Assembly (NCBI GenBank): GCA_028818775.1
Contig: JAPPNE010000054.1
Span: 9,136-73,135, forward strand
Origin: Deltaproteobacteria bacterium
GTDB lineage: Bacteria; Desulfobacterota; Binatia; UBA9968; JAJDTQ01
Length of the DNA stretch: 64,000 nt
Reading direction: 5' to 3'
In this document: positions 30,588 to 39,377 of the stretch, in pieces
Position numbering within the stretch: the stretch's first letter is position 1
Layout of the letters: the number at the start of each line of letters is the position of its first letter
The notes under the pieces: model-generated
What the model was told of the DNA's origin: nothing
Seen by the model: the letters and a program-made list of their open reading frames with translations, nothing else
Database searches by the model: none
Program-made: the position numbers and the translations under genes

Positions 30588-31529
30588 CTAGCCGAGGTGG
30601 GGCACCACGTCTTCGGCGAGCAGGTCCAGGTGCTCCATCTCGTCGAAGGCGGGGTTCAGCAGCAGGTGCCGGGCGCCGTATCCCACCACCTCGTTGAGCT
30701 TGTCGATGACCTCCTGGCGCCCGCCCCACACACACACCTGGGAAGCCATGTCGGCGTTGCGGTAGCGTACGCCAAAGAACTCGCGCAGGCGCCGTTCCGC
30801 CCGGTCGCGGTCGTCGTCCACGGCGAGGTAGACGCGCTTGGAGATGGCGAAGGTGGCCGGGTCCCGCTTGGCCTCGTCCAGCAGGCGCACGATGCGTCCG
30901 TGCTCCTTGACGAAGCGGTCGGTGCCCGAGGACCCCGCGCCCATCCAGCCGGCGCCGTAGGTCACGGCCCGGCGCAGCGCGGGCTCGGCGTGGCCGCCGA
31001 ACCAGAGCGGAAAGGGCTGCTGCAGCGGCTTGGGCTCCATGGCCACGTCGGTGAAGTTCCAGAACCGCCCTTCGAAGGTGACCCGCTCCTGGCTCCACAG
31101 CGCCTGCATGACCTTGATGCCTTCCACGAAGCGGGTGACGCGGTGCTCGGAAGGGTAGCCGAAGACCGTCTCGGGCTCCGGCCACATGCGCCCGCGCACC
31201 CCTCCGAGGCCGATGCCGGGCACGATGCGCCCGCCGCTCAACTGGTCCAGGCTCGCCAGGCTCTTGGCGAGCTGCAACGGGTTGCGCAGCACGGTGAGCA
31301 GCACCGAGGCGCCGATCCTGAGGCGGGAGGTGGCCGCGGCCACATAGGTCATCAGGGTGACCGGCTCCAGCATGGAGAAGTTGCTGAGGATGCGCTCCTG
31401 GGTCCACAGGCTGTCGTAGTCCAGTTGCTCCGCCCGGGCCACGAACTTCTTGATGTGGTCGGTGTCCACGGGGCCGCCGATGAACACCTGGGGGATCTCG
31501 ATGCCGCAGGGGATGTGGCCGTCTGCCAT
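30588..31529 (-). CDS. LLM-class flavin/F420-dependent oxidoreductase
   Basis: AEQLDYDSLWTQE, LEPVTLMTYVAAATSRLRIG, LDQLSGGR, PKPLQQPFPLWFGG. Confidence 0.9.
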   Translation of the reverse strand: MADGHIPCGIEIPQVFIGGPVDTDHIKKFVARAEQLDYDSLWTQERILSNFSMLEPVTLMTYVAAATSRLRIGASVLLTVLRNPLQLAKSLASLDQLSGGRIVPGIGLGGVRGRMWPEPETVFGYPSEHRVTRFVEGIKVMQALWSQERVTFEGRFWNFTDVAMEPKPLQQPFPLWFGGHAEPALRRAVTYGAGWMGAGSSGTDRFVKEHGRIVRLLDEAKRDPATFAISKRVYLAVDDDRDRAERRLREFFGVRYRNADMASQVCVWGGRQEVIDKLNEVVGYGARHLLLNPAFDEMEHLDLLAEDVVPHLG

Positions 31530-31533
31530 GTCG

Positions 31534-32502
31534 TTACCTCGCGGCTTCCCGGATGGCGCGGGCGATACGGTCTTCCGATGGGCCGATGTATTCCTCGAGC
31601 GGTTGACTGTAGGGGACCGGCACGTCCAGCGTCGCCACCCGGCGAATCGGTCCCTTGAGCTTGTCGAAGCCGCTCTCGGCGATGCGCGCGGCGATCTCCG
31701 CGGCCACACCGCAACTCTGATGGGTCTCGTCCGCGATCACCACGCGGCCGGTCTTCTCCACCGAGACCATGACGGTGTCGAGGTCGAAAGGCACCAGGGT
31801 GCGCGGGTCCACCACCTCCACGTCGATGCCCTCGGTTGCAAGAGCTTCGGCCACGGCGAGGGCGCGCTGGACCGTGAAGGAAGTGGCGATCAGGGTCACG
31901 TCGGCGCCGGGTCGCTTCACGTCCGCCTGCCCGAGGGGCATGCGTTCGCCCTCCGGTACCGGTCCTTCCGTCTCGAAGAGGTTCGAGTGGTCGACGAAGA
32001 CCGTGGGGTTGTCGCTGGCCACCGCGGCCTTGAGGAGGCCCTTCACGTCGCGCGGGGACGACGGCAGCACGATCTCCAGGCCGGGACAGTTCCACAGCAT
32101 CGCCTGGGGGCTGGCGGAGTGCTGCGCCGCGCCGCCGCCTCTGAGGCCGTGCAGCATGTGGAACACGACGGGCGCGCGCACCTGGCCGCCGGACATGTAC
32201 AGGACGTTGGCCGCCTCGTTCACCACCTGGGGCCAGGCTTCGAAAAGGAAGCTGCCCGTGGTCACGTCCACCACCGGCCGCAGCCCGGCCATGGCCGCAC
32301 CGGTGGCCAGCCCGCAGAAGCCGAGCTCGGAGATGGGCGGCGCCGCCACGCGATCGGGCCAGGCCTTCTCGATGGCCGCGAACTTGAGCCGGTGCGGACT
32401 CAGGCTGAAAAACGTTCCGCCGATGAGGTGGACGCGCTCGTCCTCCTCCATCAGCTCGCGCAGAGCTTCGAGTTTCGCCTCGTGGTACTTCAGGTTTCGC
32501 AT
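31534..32502 (-). CDS. TPP-dependent dehydrogenase E1 beta-like subunit (AcoB/PdhB family)
   Basis: PISELGFCG, GGAAQHS, PRDVKG, VVDPRTLVPFD, DVPVPYS. Confidence 0.92.
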   Translation of the reverse strand: MRNLKYHEAKLEALRELMEEDERVHLIGGTFFSLSPHRLKFAAIEKAWPDRVAAPPISELGFCGLATGAAMAGLRPVVDVTTGSFLFEAWPQVVNEAANVLYMSGGQVRAPVVFHMLHGLRGGGAAQHSASPQAMLWNCPGLEIVLPSSPRDVKGLLKAAVASDNPTVFVDHSNLFETEGPVPEGERMPLGQADVKRPGADVTLIATSFTVQRALAVAEALATEGIDVEVVDPRTLVPFDLDTVMVSVEKTGRVVIADETHQSCGVAAEIAARIAESGFDKLKGPIRRVATLDVPVPYSQPLEEYIGPSEDRIARAIREAAR

Positions 32503-32526
32503 TTCCCTAATTCCGGTTCCTTTACC

Positions 32527-32553
32527 CGTCATTCCCGCGAAAGCGGGAATCCA
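32527..32553 (+). repeat. CGTC-tagged REP-like palindrome (ATTCCC-N8-GGGAAT core)
   Basis: CGTCATTCCCGCGAAAGCGGGAATCCA in the E1 alpha/beta gap. Confidence 0.8.
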
Positions 32554-32586
32554 TGGCGGGGTGGGGAGGGGAATCGTCGTCGTGAT

Positions 32587-33606
32587 TTACACGAACACGT
32601 CGGTCTCGGCTTCAGCAAGATCGGGGTAGGGGCTGTCGAAAGCGAAGTCCACGGCCTCGGCGATCTGCTCTACCACCGACCGGTTGATTGCCTCCAGTTC
32701 ATCCCGGCTCGCCTGCCCGTTCTCCACCAGTTCGCGCATGAACCGGAGCACAGGATCGCTGTCTCGATACCAGCCGCGCACGTCCTCGGGCGCGCCGGAC
32801 ACGTCCCAGGCCAAATCCACCGTGGTGGGTGCCTTCACCACCGGCCAGTTGGTCTCGCTGCCCGGCCAGCGCACCGTCAGGGTCTCGATGAAGCGCGGGC
32901 CCTCGCCGGAACGGATCGCGTCGATGTTCTCGCGCAGTGTTTCGTGCACCACGCCGGCGTCGGTGCCATCCACCTGTACCGCGGGAATCTTGTAGGCCTT
33001 GGGCAGATCGGTGAGCGGGTAGGCCGCCATGGTGGACGACTGGGCCGCGCCCACGGCGTTGCCCGCGCCGTACTTGCCGTTGTTCTCGCACAGGAACAGC
33101 ACCGGCAGTTTCCACAACGACGCCAGGTTGAAGGTTTCCGGGATGGCGCCTTCCTCCAGCGCGCCGTCGCCGAACAGGCACACGGCGACCTGTCCGGCGC
33201 CCCGGCTCTTGGCCGCGTAGGCGGCACCGGCCCCCAGCGGCAGGATGCCGCCCACCACTCCCGAACACTGGAGGAATCCCAACTCGCGCGGGCTCGTGTG
33301 GAACGAGCCGCCTTTGCCCCGGTTGTAGCCGTCGCGCCGTCCCAGGATCTCCGCCAGGAGCCGCCCGGGGTCGCCGCCCCGCGCCAGGATGTGGCCGTGG
33401 TTCCGGTGGGTGGAGAACAAGAGGTCGTCGGCTCGGAGCAGCGATATCGCCGGCACCCCGGTGGCTTCCTGGCCGATGTAGACGTGGTAGTGGCCGCGGA
33501 AGCGCCCCTCGTGGTGCAGTCCGATGAGCCGTTCCTCGAAGTGCCGGATGAGCAGCATCCTCCGGCACTGGTCCAACAATGGTTCCTTGGGTATGGCGGG
33601 GAGCAT
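32587..33606 (-). CDS. TPP-dependent dehydrogenase E1 alpha-like subunit (AcoA/PdhA family)
   Basis: YIGQEA, STHRNHGH, GKGGSFH, TPP motif GDGA...CENN. Start could be TTG 33645. Confidence 0.92.
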   Translation of the reverse strand: MLPAIPKEPLLDQCRRMLLIRHFEERLIGLHHEGRFRGHYHVYIGQEATGVPAISLLRADDLLFSTHRNHGHILARGGDPGRLLAEILGRRDGYNRGKGGSFHTSPRELGFLQCSGVVGGILPLGAGAAYAAKSRGAGQVAVCLFGDGALEEGAIPETFNLASLWKLPVLFLCENNGKYGAGNAVGAAQSSTMAAYPLTDLPKAYKIPAVQVDGTDAGVVHETLRENIDAIRSGEGPRFIETLTVRWPGSETNWPVVKAPTTVDLAWDVSGAPEDVRGWYRDSDPVLRFMRELVENGQASRDELEAINRSVVEQIAEAVDFAFDSPYPDLAEAETDVFV

Positions 33607-33750
33607 TTCGGCAACCGGTATAGGCCATCGGGCGGCGTATGCCAACCCCTCTTCAACACGGCGTGAGAAGGGTCGCCCACGGCGGCGGCGCTGTTTGACA
33701 AGCCTACCGGGGCGGGCTAATCACGGTGCGAGCAGCGAGAGGAACGCATT

Positions 33751-34497
33751 ATGACGCTTGAGGAGAAGGTCGCCGTCATTACGGGCGGCGGACAGGGCCT
33801 GGGCCGGGCCATCACTCTGGCGCTGGCGCGCGCGGGTGCGAAGGCGGTCGTGGCCGACATGAACCCGGACACCGCCGAGGCGGTTGCCGCCGAGGTCGCG
33901 GACGCCGGCGGTCAGGCGCTGGCGGTACAGGTGGACGTGGCCGACGAAAGCTCGGTGGCCGCGTTGCGGGAACGCGCCCTGGACCGCTTCGGACGCGTGG
34001 ACATCCTGGCGGCCAACGCCGGCCTGTATCCGCGTTCCATGGTGGTGGACATGCCCGAGGAAGAGTGGGACCGGGTGCTGGACGTCAACGTGGGCGGTCA
34101 GTTCCTGTGCGCCCGGGCGTTCGCGCCGGGGATGAAGCAGCAGGGCAGCGGGCGGATCATCTGCACGGCGTCGTCCATCGCCTACAAGGGCGCCGCCGGC
34201 CACTCCCACTACGCCGCGTCCAAGGCCGCCACGCTCGGTTTCGTGCGCGGGCTGGCCCGTGAGCTGGCGCCCCACGGCATCACCGTGAACGCGGTGGCGC
34301 CGGGGACCGCCAACACCGCCATGCCGCGCCAGCACCGCTCCGAGGAATCACTGCGGCAGCGGGGCGCCCAAACGCCGCTGGGCCGCATCGCGGAACCGGA
34401 GGACATCGCCAACACGGTAGCTTTTCTCGCAAGCGACGCGGCCGCCTACATCACCGGACAGACCCTGGTCGTCAACGGCGGAGACTTCATGATTTGA
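33751..34497 (+). CDS. SDR family oxidoreductase (FabG-like)
   Basis: TGGGQGLG, NAG, YAASK, NAVAPG. Confidence 0.92.
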   Translation: MTLEEKVAVITGGGQGLGRAITLALARAGAKAVVADMNPDTAEAVAAEVADAGGQALAVQVDVADESSVAALRERALDRFGRVDILAANAGLYPRSMVVDMPEEEWDRVLDVNVGGQFLCARAFAPGMKQQGSGRIICTASSIAYKGAAGHSHYAASKAATLGFVRGLARELAPHGITVNAVAPGTANTAMPRQHRSEESLRQRGAQTPLGRIAEPEDIANTVAFLASDAAAYITGQTLVVNGGDFMI

Positions 34498-34544
34498 TCT
34501 CCGGACCTGCCTCCGGAGCACCCTGACCTGGAAGGAACGCCCCT

Positions 34545-35696
34545 ATGCTGAGAAGGAAGGTATGTCTCGTCGGCTACGGCTCGACGGAATACTCGCGCAA
34601 GTCCGACCGGCCGCTGTTGTCGTACTACGCCGAGGCCATGCAGAACGCCATGGCCCAGACCGGTGTCACCAAGAAGGAGATCCACGGCTTCTCCATGGTG
34701 ACCCAGGCGAGTCCCGACTACTCGCCGTACGTGGCCGAGCAGTTGGGTCTGGAGCTCGACTGGGTGCTCAATGGCGACTGCGGCGGCGCCGGCGCCGTGT
34801 GCGCCATCCGGCGCGCGGCGGACGCCATCGAGGCCGGTTACCTGGATCTGGCTTTCATCGTCGCCGGCAACGCCTTCGACAAGAACGTCGCCCATCAGCG
34901 GGTGCTGGAATACCAGCGGGCCAACTACGTGGACGTGTACGGCTACGGCGGCCCCAACACGCTGTTCGCGCTGGTGCAGCGCCGCCACATGGAGGAATAC
35001 GGCACCACCCTGGAGCAGATCGGCAAGATCGCCGTGAGCCAGCGCTTCAACGCCGGCCCCAATCCCCAAGCGCTCCTGCGCACTCCCATGACCATCGAGG
35101 ACTACCTGAACTCGCGCCTGATCTCCGATCCCATACGGCTGTTCGATTGCGTGATGCCGTGCTCCGGCGGCGAGTGCGTCGTGGTTGCTTCCGAGGAGCG
35201 CGCCAAGCAGATCACCGACAAGCCGGTGTACCTGGTGACGGACGCCGAGAAGATCGGCTTTCAGGCCTCGAACATGCTGCCGGACAAGACCGTCACCGGC
35301 ATGAGCGTGGTGGGCGAGCGCCTGTTCTCGGAGATGAGCCGGGACAACATCGACCTCCTGGCCATCTACGACGACTATCCCATCGCGGTCATGATGCAGC
35401 TCGAGGACCTGGGCTACTGCGCCAAGGGGCAGGGCGGCCCGTTCGTCGACGATCACGACCTCACCTTCGCCGGCGACTTTCCCGTCAACACCGGCGGCGG
35501 CGAGATCTCGGTGGGGCAGGCGGGGTTGGCCGGCGGCATGCTGCACGTGGTGGAAGCGCTGCGGCAGTTGCGCGGCGAGGCCGGCGACCGGCAGGTCAAC
35601 GCGGCGCAGACCGCGCTGGTCACGGGCATCGGCTGGCTGTCCTACGCGCGCAATCTCAACACCACCGCGGCGCTGATCCTGGAGAGGAGGTCCTGA
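34545..35696 (+). CDS. Non-canonical thiolase-family protein (SCP2/Ltp2-like)
   Basis: LVGYGST, MEEYGTT, PIRLFDC...GG, IYDDY, NTGGG; paired with DUF35. Confidence 0.88.
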   Translation: MLRRKVCLVGYGSTEYSRKSDRPLLSYYAEAMQNAMAQTGVTKKEIHGFSMVTQASPDYSPYVAEQLGLELDWVLNGDCGGAGAVCAIRRAADAIEAGYLDLAFIVAGNAFDKNVAHQRVLEYQRANYVDVYGYGGPNTLFALVQRRHMEEYGTTLEQIGKIAVSQRFNAGPNPQALLRTPMTIEDYLNSRLISDPIRLFDCVMPCSGGECVVVASEERAKQITDKPVYLVTDAEKIGFQASNMLPDKTVTGMSVVGERLFSEMSRDNIDLLAIYDDYPIAVMMQLEDLGYCAKGQGGPFVDDHDLTFAGDFPVNTGGGEISVGQAGLAGGMLHVVEALRQLRGEAGDRQVNAAQTALVTGIGWLSYARNLNTTAALILERRS

Positions 35697-36103
35697 TGGC
35701 CGGCAAGAGTCTTCCCGCCGTAAACTCCATTGACCGCGAGTTCTGGGAGGGGGCCGCCAAGGGCGAGTTGCGCCTCCAGAAATGCCGCGCCTGTGGCAAG
35801 ATGCAGTTCTTCCCGCGCATCGCCTGCACAGGCTGCCTCGGTGGCGACCTGGAGTGGGTGCCGGTGAGCGGCAGGGGCAAGGTGCACACCTTCTCCCTCT
35901 GCCGGGTGCCCCGGAACCGCGCCTTCATGGACGAGGTGCCCATCTACGTGGCCGAGGTGGAGCTGGAGGAGGGCGTGCGCATGATCACGCGCATCGTCGG
36001 CGACAACCGCGACCAGGTGACCCTGGGCGCCCCGGTCACGGTTTCCTTCCTGGAGACCGAAGACCCCGACATCAAGCTGCCGGTATTCGAACTCGTATCA
36101 TGA
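35696..36103 (+). CDS. DUF35/ChsH2-like Zn-ribbon OB-fold protein
   Basis: FWEGAAKGELRLQKCRACG...FFPRIACTGC, SGRGKVHTFS, VELEEGVRM. Confidence 0.92.
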   Translation: MAGKSLPAVNSIDREFWEGAAKGELRLQKCRACGKMQFFPRIACTGCLGGDLEWVPVSGRGKVHTFSLCRVPRNRAFMDEVPIYVAEVELEEGVRMITRIVGDNRDQVTLGAPVTVSFLETEDPDIKLPVFELVS

Positions 36104-36504
36104 GCAAACCCGTACTCGAGGATCTGTTTGCATTCTCGGGTCGCAGGAACAGGAAGAGTTACAACCTGTACCAAGTCGCTATGGCGTTGATCGGCGGCCT
36201 CGGCGAGTTGATGGTGGCGTCGGGCGAGGTCGCTTTGGTAGTTATAGGCGTACTCGTTCTCTTTGCTCTCGGGTTATCGCAGATTGCCGTGGTAACTCAG
36301 AGGTTCAGGGATTTCGGCTGGACGGGTTGGACTATCCTTGTTTTCCCTGGACTCGTTCTCCTCGTTGTCCTTGCGTTTTCGTTCGACTGGGGTATCGGTT
36401 TGGTGTGGCTGGCTATTGCGGCGAGCATCGTTGTCACACTGGCGCTCATGTGCGTACCGGGCAATCGGGGCGACAACGACTACGGTCCTGATCCGCTCAG
36501 ATGA
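36100..36504 (+). CDS. DUF805 membrane protein
   Basis: LFAFSGRRNRKSY, QRFRDFGWTGW, PGNRGDNDYGPDP; lower GC than its neighbours. Confidence 0.85.
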   Translation: MSKPVLEDLFAFSGRRNRKSYNLYQVAMALIGGLGELMVASGEVALVVIGVLVLFALGLSQIAVVTQRFRDFGWTGWTILVFPGLVLLVVLAFSFDWGIGLVWLAIAASIVVTLALMCVPGNRGDNDYGPDPLR

Positions 36505-36567
36505 GACACGGCAGCGCGCCGTGGAATGGTCACGGGAGTAGGCGCGCAGGTCGAACGTATATCCCGT

Positions 36568-36825
36568 ATGGCAACCATCGAAATCTATAGCAAGTCCTGG
36601 TGCCCGTTCTGCCGCATGGCCAAGCGGCTGCTGGAGGAGAAGGGGCAGGAGTTCGTCGAGTTCGACGTGGAGTTGGACGCCGGCAAATACGACGAGATGC
36701 TGGAGCGCTCCCAAGGCAGATGGACCGTCCCGGAAGTCTTCATCGACGGCGAACTGATCGGCGGCTTCGACGAGTTGCGGGCGCTGGAAGCCAGCGGCGA
36801 GCTCGATGAGATGCTTGGGTCGTGA
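36568..36825 (+). CDS. grxC: Glutaredoxin 3
   Basis: IYSKSWCPFC, TVPEVFIDG, IGGFDEL. Confidence 0.92.
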   Translation: MATIEIYSKSWCPFCRMAKRLLEEKGQEFVEFDVELDAGKYDEMLERSQGRWTVPEVFIDGELIGGFDELRALEASGELDEMLGS

Positions 36826-36904
36826 AACGATTGTCGCCGTCCGTCGTGTTCGTGTCCTACTAGTCGCCTGCAACAACCCTGACGTGGCACCGCCGGTATC
36901 CGGC

Positions 36905-37423
36905 CTATTTCTTTGCCTTGACGCGTTCGACTGCCTGGCCGATCAGGGTGGCGCGGTCTCCGGTTTCCCAGAGGGCGTGCATGGACAGCGAGGTGACGAT
37001 CCACCCCGAGTCGGATTTGCCGAGTCGATAACTGTAGCGACCGCCGAGAACCCAGAGGGCGTCGCCGATCCGATGTGTCGCGGTGAAATCCGCCTCGGCG
37101 GTTGCCGTGCCGGCGGCGGCGCTGGTGACGGTGTGGTTCGTGACCATGTGATGGGTGCTGTCGAATCCGGGCAGGAAACCGGCCCAACTCTTGACCAGAG
37201 CATCCGCCGGCTGGGTCACCGGCTCGCCGCCGAAGAGGCTCGTATAGTCGGTGGTGATCTCGTCGGCCATCGCCGAGCGGACACGGCCCCAGTCATGCCG
37301 GTCCGCGCCGGCGGCGATGCTGGTGATCGCCTTGACGATCTCGACATGGAGCGTGGGTTCCGCGGCGGCGACGGTAGTGGCCATCAGAAAGCCTCCGAAT
37401 GCCAGTGCGAGTAGATTTTTCAT
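36905..37423 (-). CDS. Secreted SnoaL/NTF2-like protein
   Basis: Signal peptide; ADRHDW, DYTSLFGG, GFDSTHHMVTNH. Confidence 0.8.
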   Translation of the reverse strand: MKNLLALAFGGFLMATTVAAAEPTLHVEIVKAITSIAAGADRHDWGRVRSAMADEITTDYTSLFGGEPVTQPADALVKSWAGFLPGFDSTHHMVTNHTVTSAAAGTATAEADFTATHRIGDALWVLGGRYSYRLGKSDSGWIVTSLSMHALWETGDRATLIGQAVERVKAKK

Positions 37424-37500
37424 GATCTCTCTCCCTTCCGGCCCAGACCTGGCGGAAGCGCCGGCGGAAGGTCCGCTGGTGCATCCGCCGGTGCCGGGTA

Positions 37501-38457
37501 TCAGCCCTTGCTGAAATGCTCGGCAACGACGTCGGCGGCGCGCCGGACGTCCTCGGGATTGTCATAGAAGTCGAACTGCGTGACGGCCTCGAGCCATTGC
37601 ATCGTCGCCTCGCCGGTGAACCCCTTGATGAAGGTCTTGACGCCATCGGGGATCGCGGCGGCCTCGGAATGGACGACGGCCAGCGGCTTGTCCAGACGCT
37701 GGGGATTGTCGGCCGGATGATAGGTCAGCCAGCCTTCCCAGGACGCCTGATTCCACTTGTTGTCGTATTCGGGAATGGCGCCGCGCTTGGGATCGTAGTA
37801 GTAGCCGCCGATGGGCATCAGGACGCCCTCCGCGCCTTCGGGACCTGCCGCCCCAATGATCTCGCCACCCTTGGCCTCGGCCGCGCGGCTCATCGAGATC
37901 AATCCCGCGACACCCTTGGGGCCCCCATAGACGGCCTTGACCAGGGTGTCATTCTGCAGCCAGGGCGCGACCAGGCCGACGCGGTTGACCAGCGGATTGC
38001 CCGAGGCGGCATCGACCATGTAGCCCGAGGAGGCGCAGATGCCGAGCCCGTTGATATTCGCGGCATCGACTTCGGGCAGCCTCGAAACGAACCGGAAGGC
38101 CGCGCGTATGTCCGAGATCTTGGCGTCGGGATCTTCCTTGTAGCGGACCTGGTTGGCCAAGTCGCCGGACTTGCCCCAGCCGCGGAAGTCGAAGGTGAAA
38201 GCGGCAAAGCCCCGCTCGACCATCTCCCGGGCATAGACCCGCGGCATCTGTTCCTGGACGCTGGTCCAGGCGCCGGTCACGACCACCATCGGCAGAGGCT
38301 TGCCGGGTGCCGCCGCCGGCAGATAGAGCGTGCCGGACAGAGTTGCGCCCTCGTTCTCGAAGGTGACGGCGCGCGTCGTGATGTCGGCCAACGCCTGCGA
38401 GGCGGCCAGGCTTGCGGCGACCGTGATCGCTGTCAGAATTGCCGTAAGAATTTTCAT
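37501..38457 (-). CDS. Secreted alpha/beta hydrolase, dienelactone-hydrolase-like
   Basis: Signal peptide; GTLYLP, FDFRGWGKS, elbow GICAS, C-terminal TQFDFYD. Confidence 0.8.
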   Translation of the reverse strand: MKILTAILTAITVAASLAASQALADITTRAVTFENEGATLSGTLYLPAAAPGKPLPMVVVTGAWTSVQEQMPRVYAREMVERGFAAFTFDFRGWGKSGDLANQVRYKEDPDAKISDIRAAFRFVSRLPEVDAANINGLGICASSGYMVDAASGNPLVNRVGLVAPWLQNDTLVKAVYGGPKGVAGLISMSRAAEAKGGEIIGAAGPEGAEGVLMPIGGYYYDPKRGAIPEYDNKWNQASWEGWLTYHPADNPQRLDKPLAVVHSEAAAIPDGVKTFIKGFTGEATMQWLEAVTQFDFYDNPEDVRRAADVVAEHFSKG

Positions 38458-38564
38458 TTTGCGGTCCTCCTGTCTTGATTCGTTGACAGGAAGATAGCGC
38501 CCCGCCGGAAGGATTACACCGGCGATTCTTGCGCAATGAGAGGTGATTCGTGCGGTTTTTCGGG

Positions 38565-39323
38565 TCAGCCCTGGCGAAACGCGCCTGGCGTCACCCCGAC
38601 CCGATTCCTGAAGTGCCGGCCGAAGCAGCCGGGATCCGCGTATCCCGTGCGAAAGGCGATCTCGGAAACGGTCAGCCTGGTAGTCTTGAGCAGAACCTTG
38701 GCCCGGTCGATTCTGGCGTTGATCACGTATTGCAAAGGCGACGCACCCGTGGCCGCCTTGAACGCCCGGGCGAAATGGTAAGGGCTCATTGCCGCGACAC
38801 GGGCCAGGTCCTTCAAGGACAGATCTTCACCAAGATTGTCCTCGAGATGGGCAATCACCCGCTTCAGACGCCGGTCCTCGATATCCGCCACCGCTGATCG
38901 CTCGGGGTTGAGCGATCGCGCCAACTGGGCGGCCAGCGCCCGCGACATCGTCTCTCGGTAGAGTGTTCCCGCCGCAAGGAAAGTCTCGGCACCCAGGATC
39001 AGCTGCAGGGTGAGCGGATCGAACGATCCGGTGGTCGGCTCGATAAGTTCCGGTCTTTCCAGGCCGACCTCGGCGAGCAGCGTTTCCTCGAACGCGATCG
39101 TCATCACATCGAGCGCCTCGTCGTACTCGCAGATGCCCGCGCTGCCCGCGGGGAGCACCCAGCCCTGGTGCGTCGTCAGCGGGCGATGGGATCGGCGGTC
39201 CGAGCCGACAGCAATCCGGTGCGTCGGCTGGTCGTTCAGGAACACGCCCAGCGTGAGACGCGGAAGATGGAAGCCTCCTCCGCCCGCCGCCAGTGACAAC
39301 TTTTCCAGGAGGACGTCGGGCAT
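38565..39323 (-). CDS. AraC family transcriptional regulator
   Basis: C-terminal double HTH (LSLKDLARVAAMSPYHFARAFK...IAFRTGYADPGCFGRHF). Confidence 0.92.
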   Translation of the reverse strand: MPDVLLEKLSLAAGGGGFHLPRLTLGVFLNDQPTHRIAVGSDRRSHRPLTTHQGWVLPAGSAGICEYDEALDVMTIAFEETLLAEVGLERPELIEPTTGSFDPLTLQLILGAETFLAAGTLYRETMSRALAAQLARSLNPERSAVADIEDRRLKRVIAHLEDNLGEDLSLKDLARVAAMSPYHFARAFKAATGASPLQYVINARIDRAKVLLKTTRLTVSEIAFRTGYADPGCFGRHFRNRVGVTPGAFRQG

Positions 39324-39377
39324 TGCGTTACCCCGGGTTCAGTGTCCGGCTCCGGTGTCGTGTCCGGCAAATTGGCG

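Noticed and set aside
31450-33666. 738-aa plus-strand ORF, and similar long antisense ORFs (19863-21539, 25252-26892, 47380-49368, 7215-9170)
   Set aside because: They lie opposite genes with clear family motifs and have none of their own; long shadow frames are expected at this GC content.
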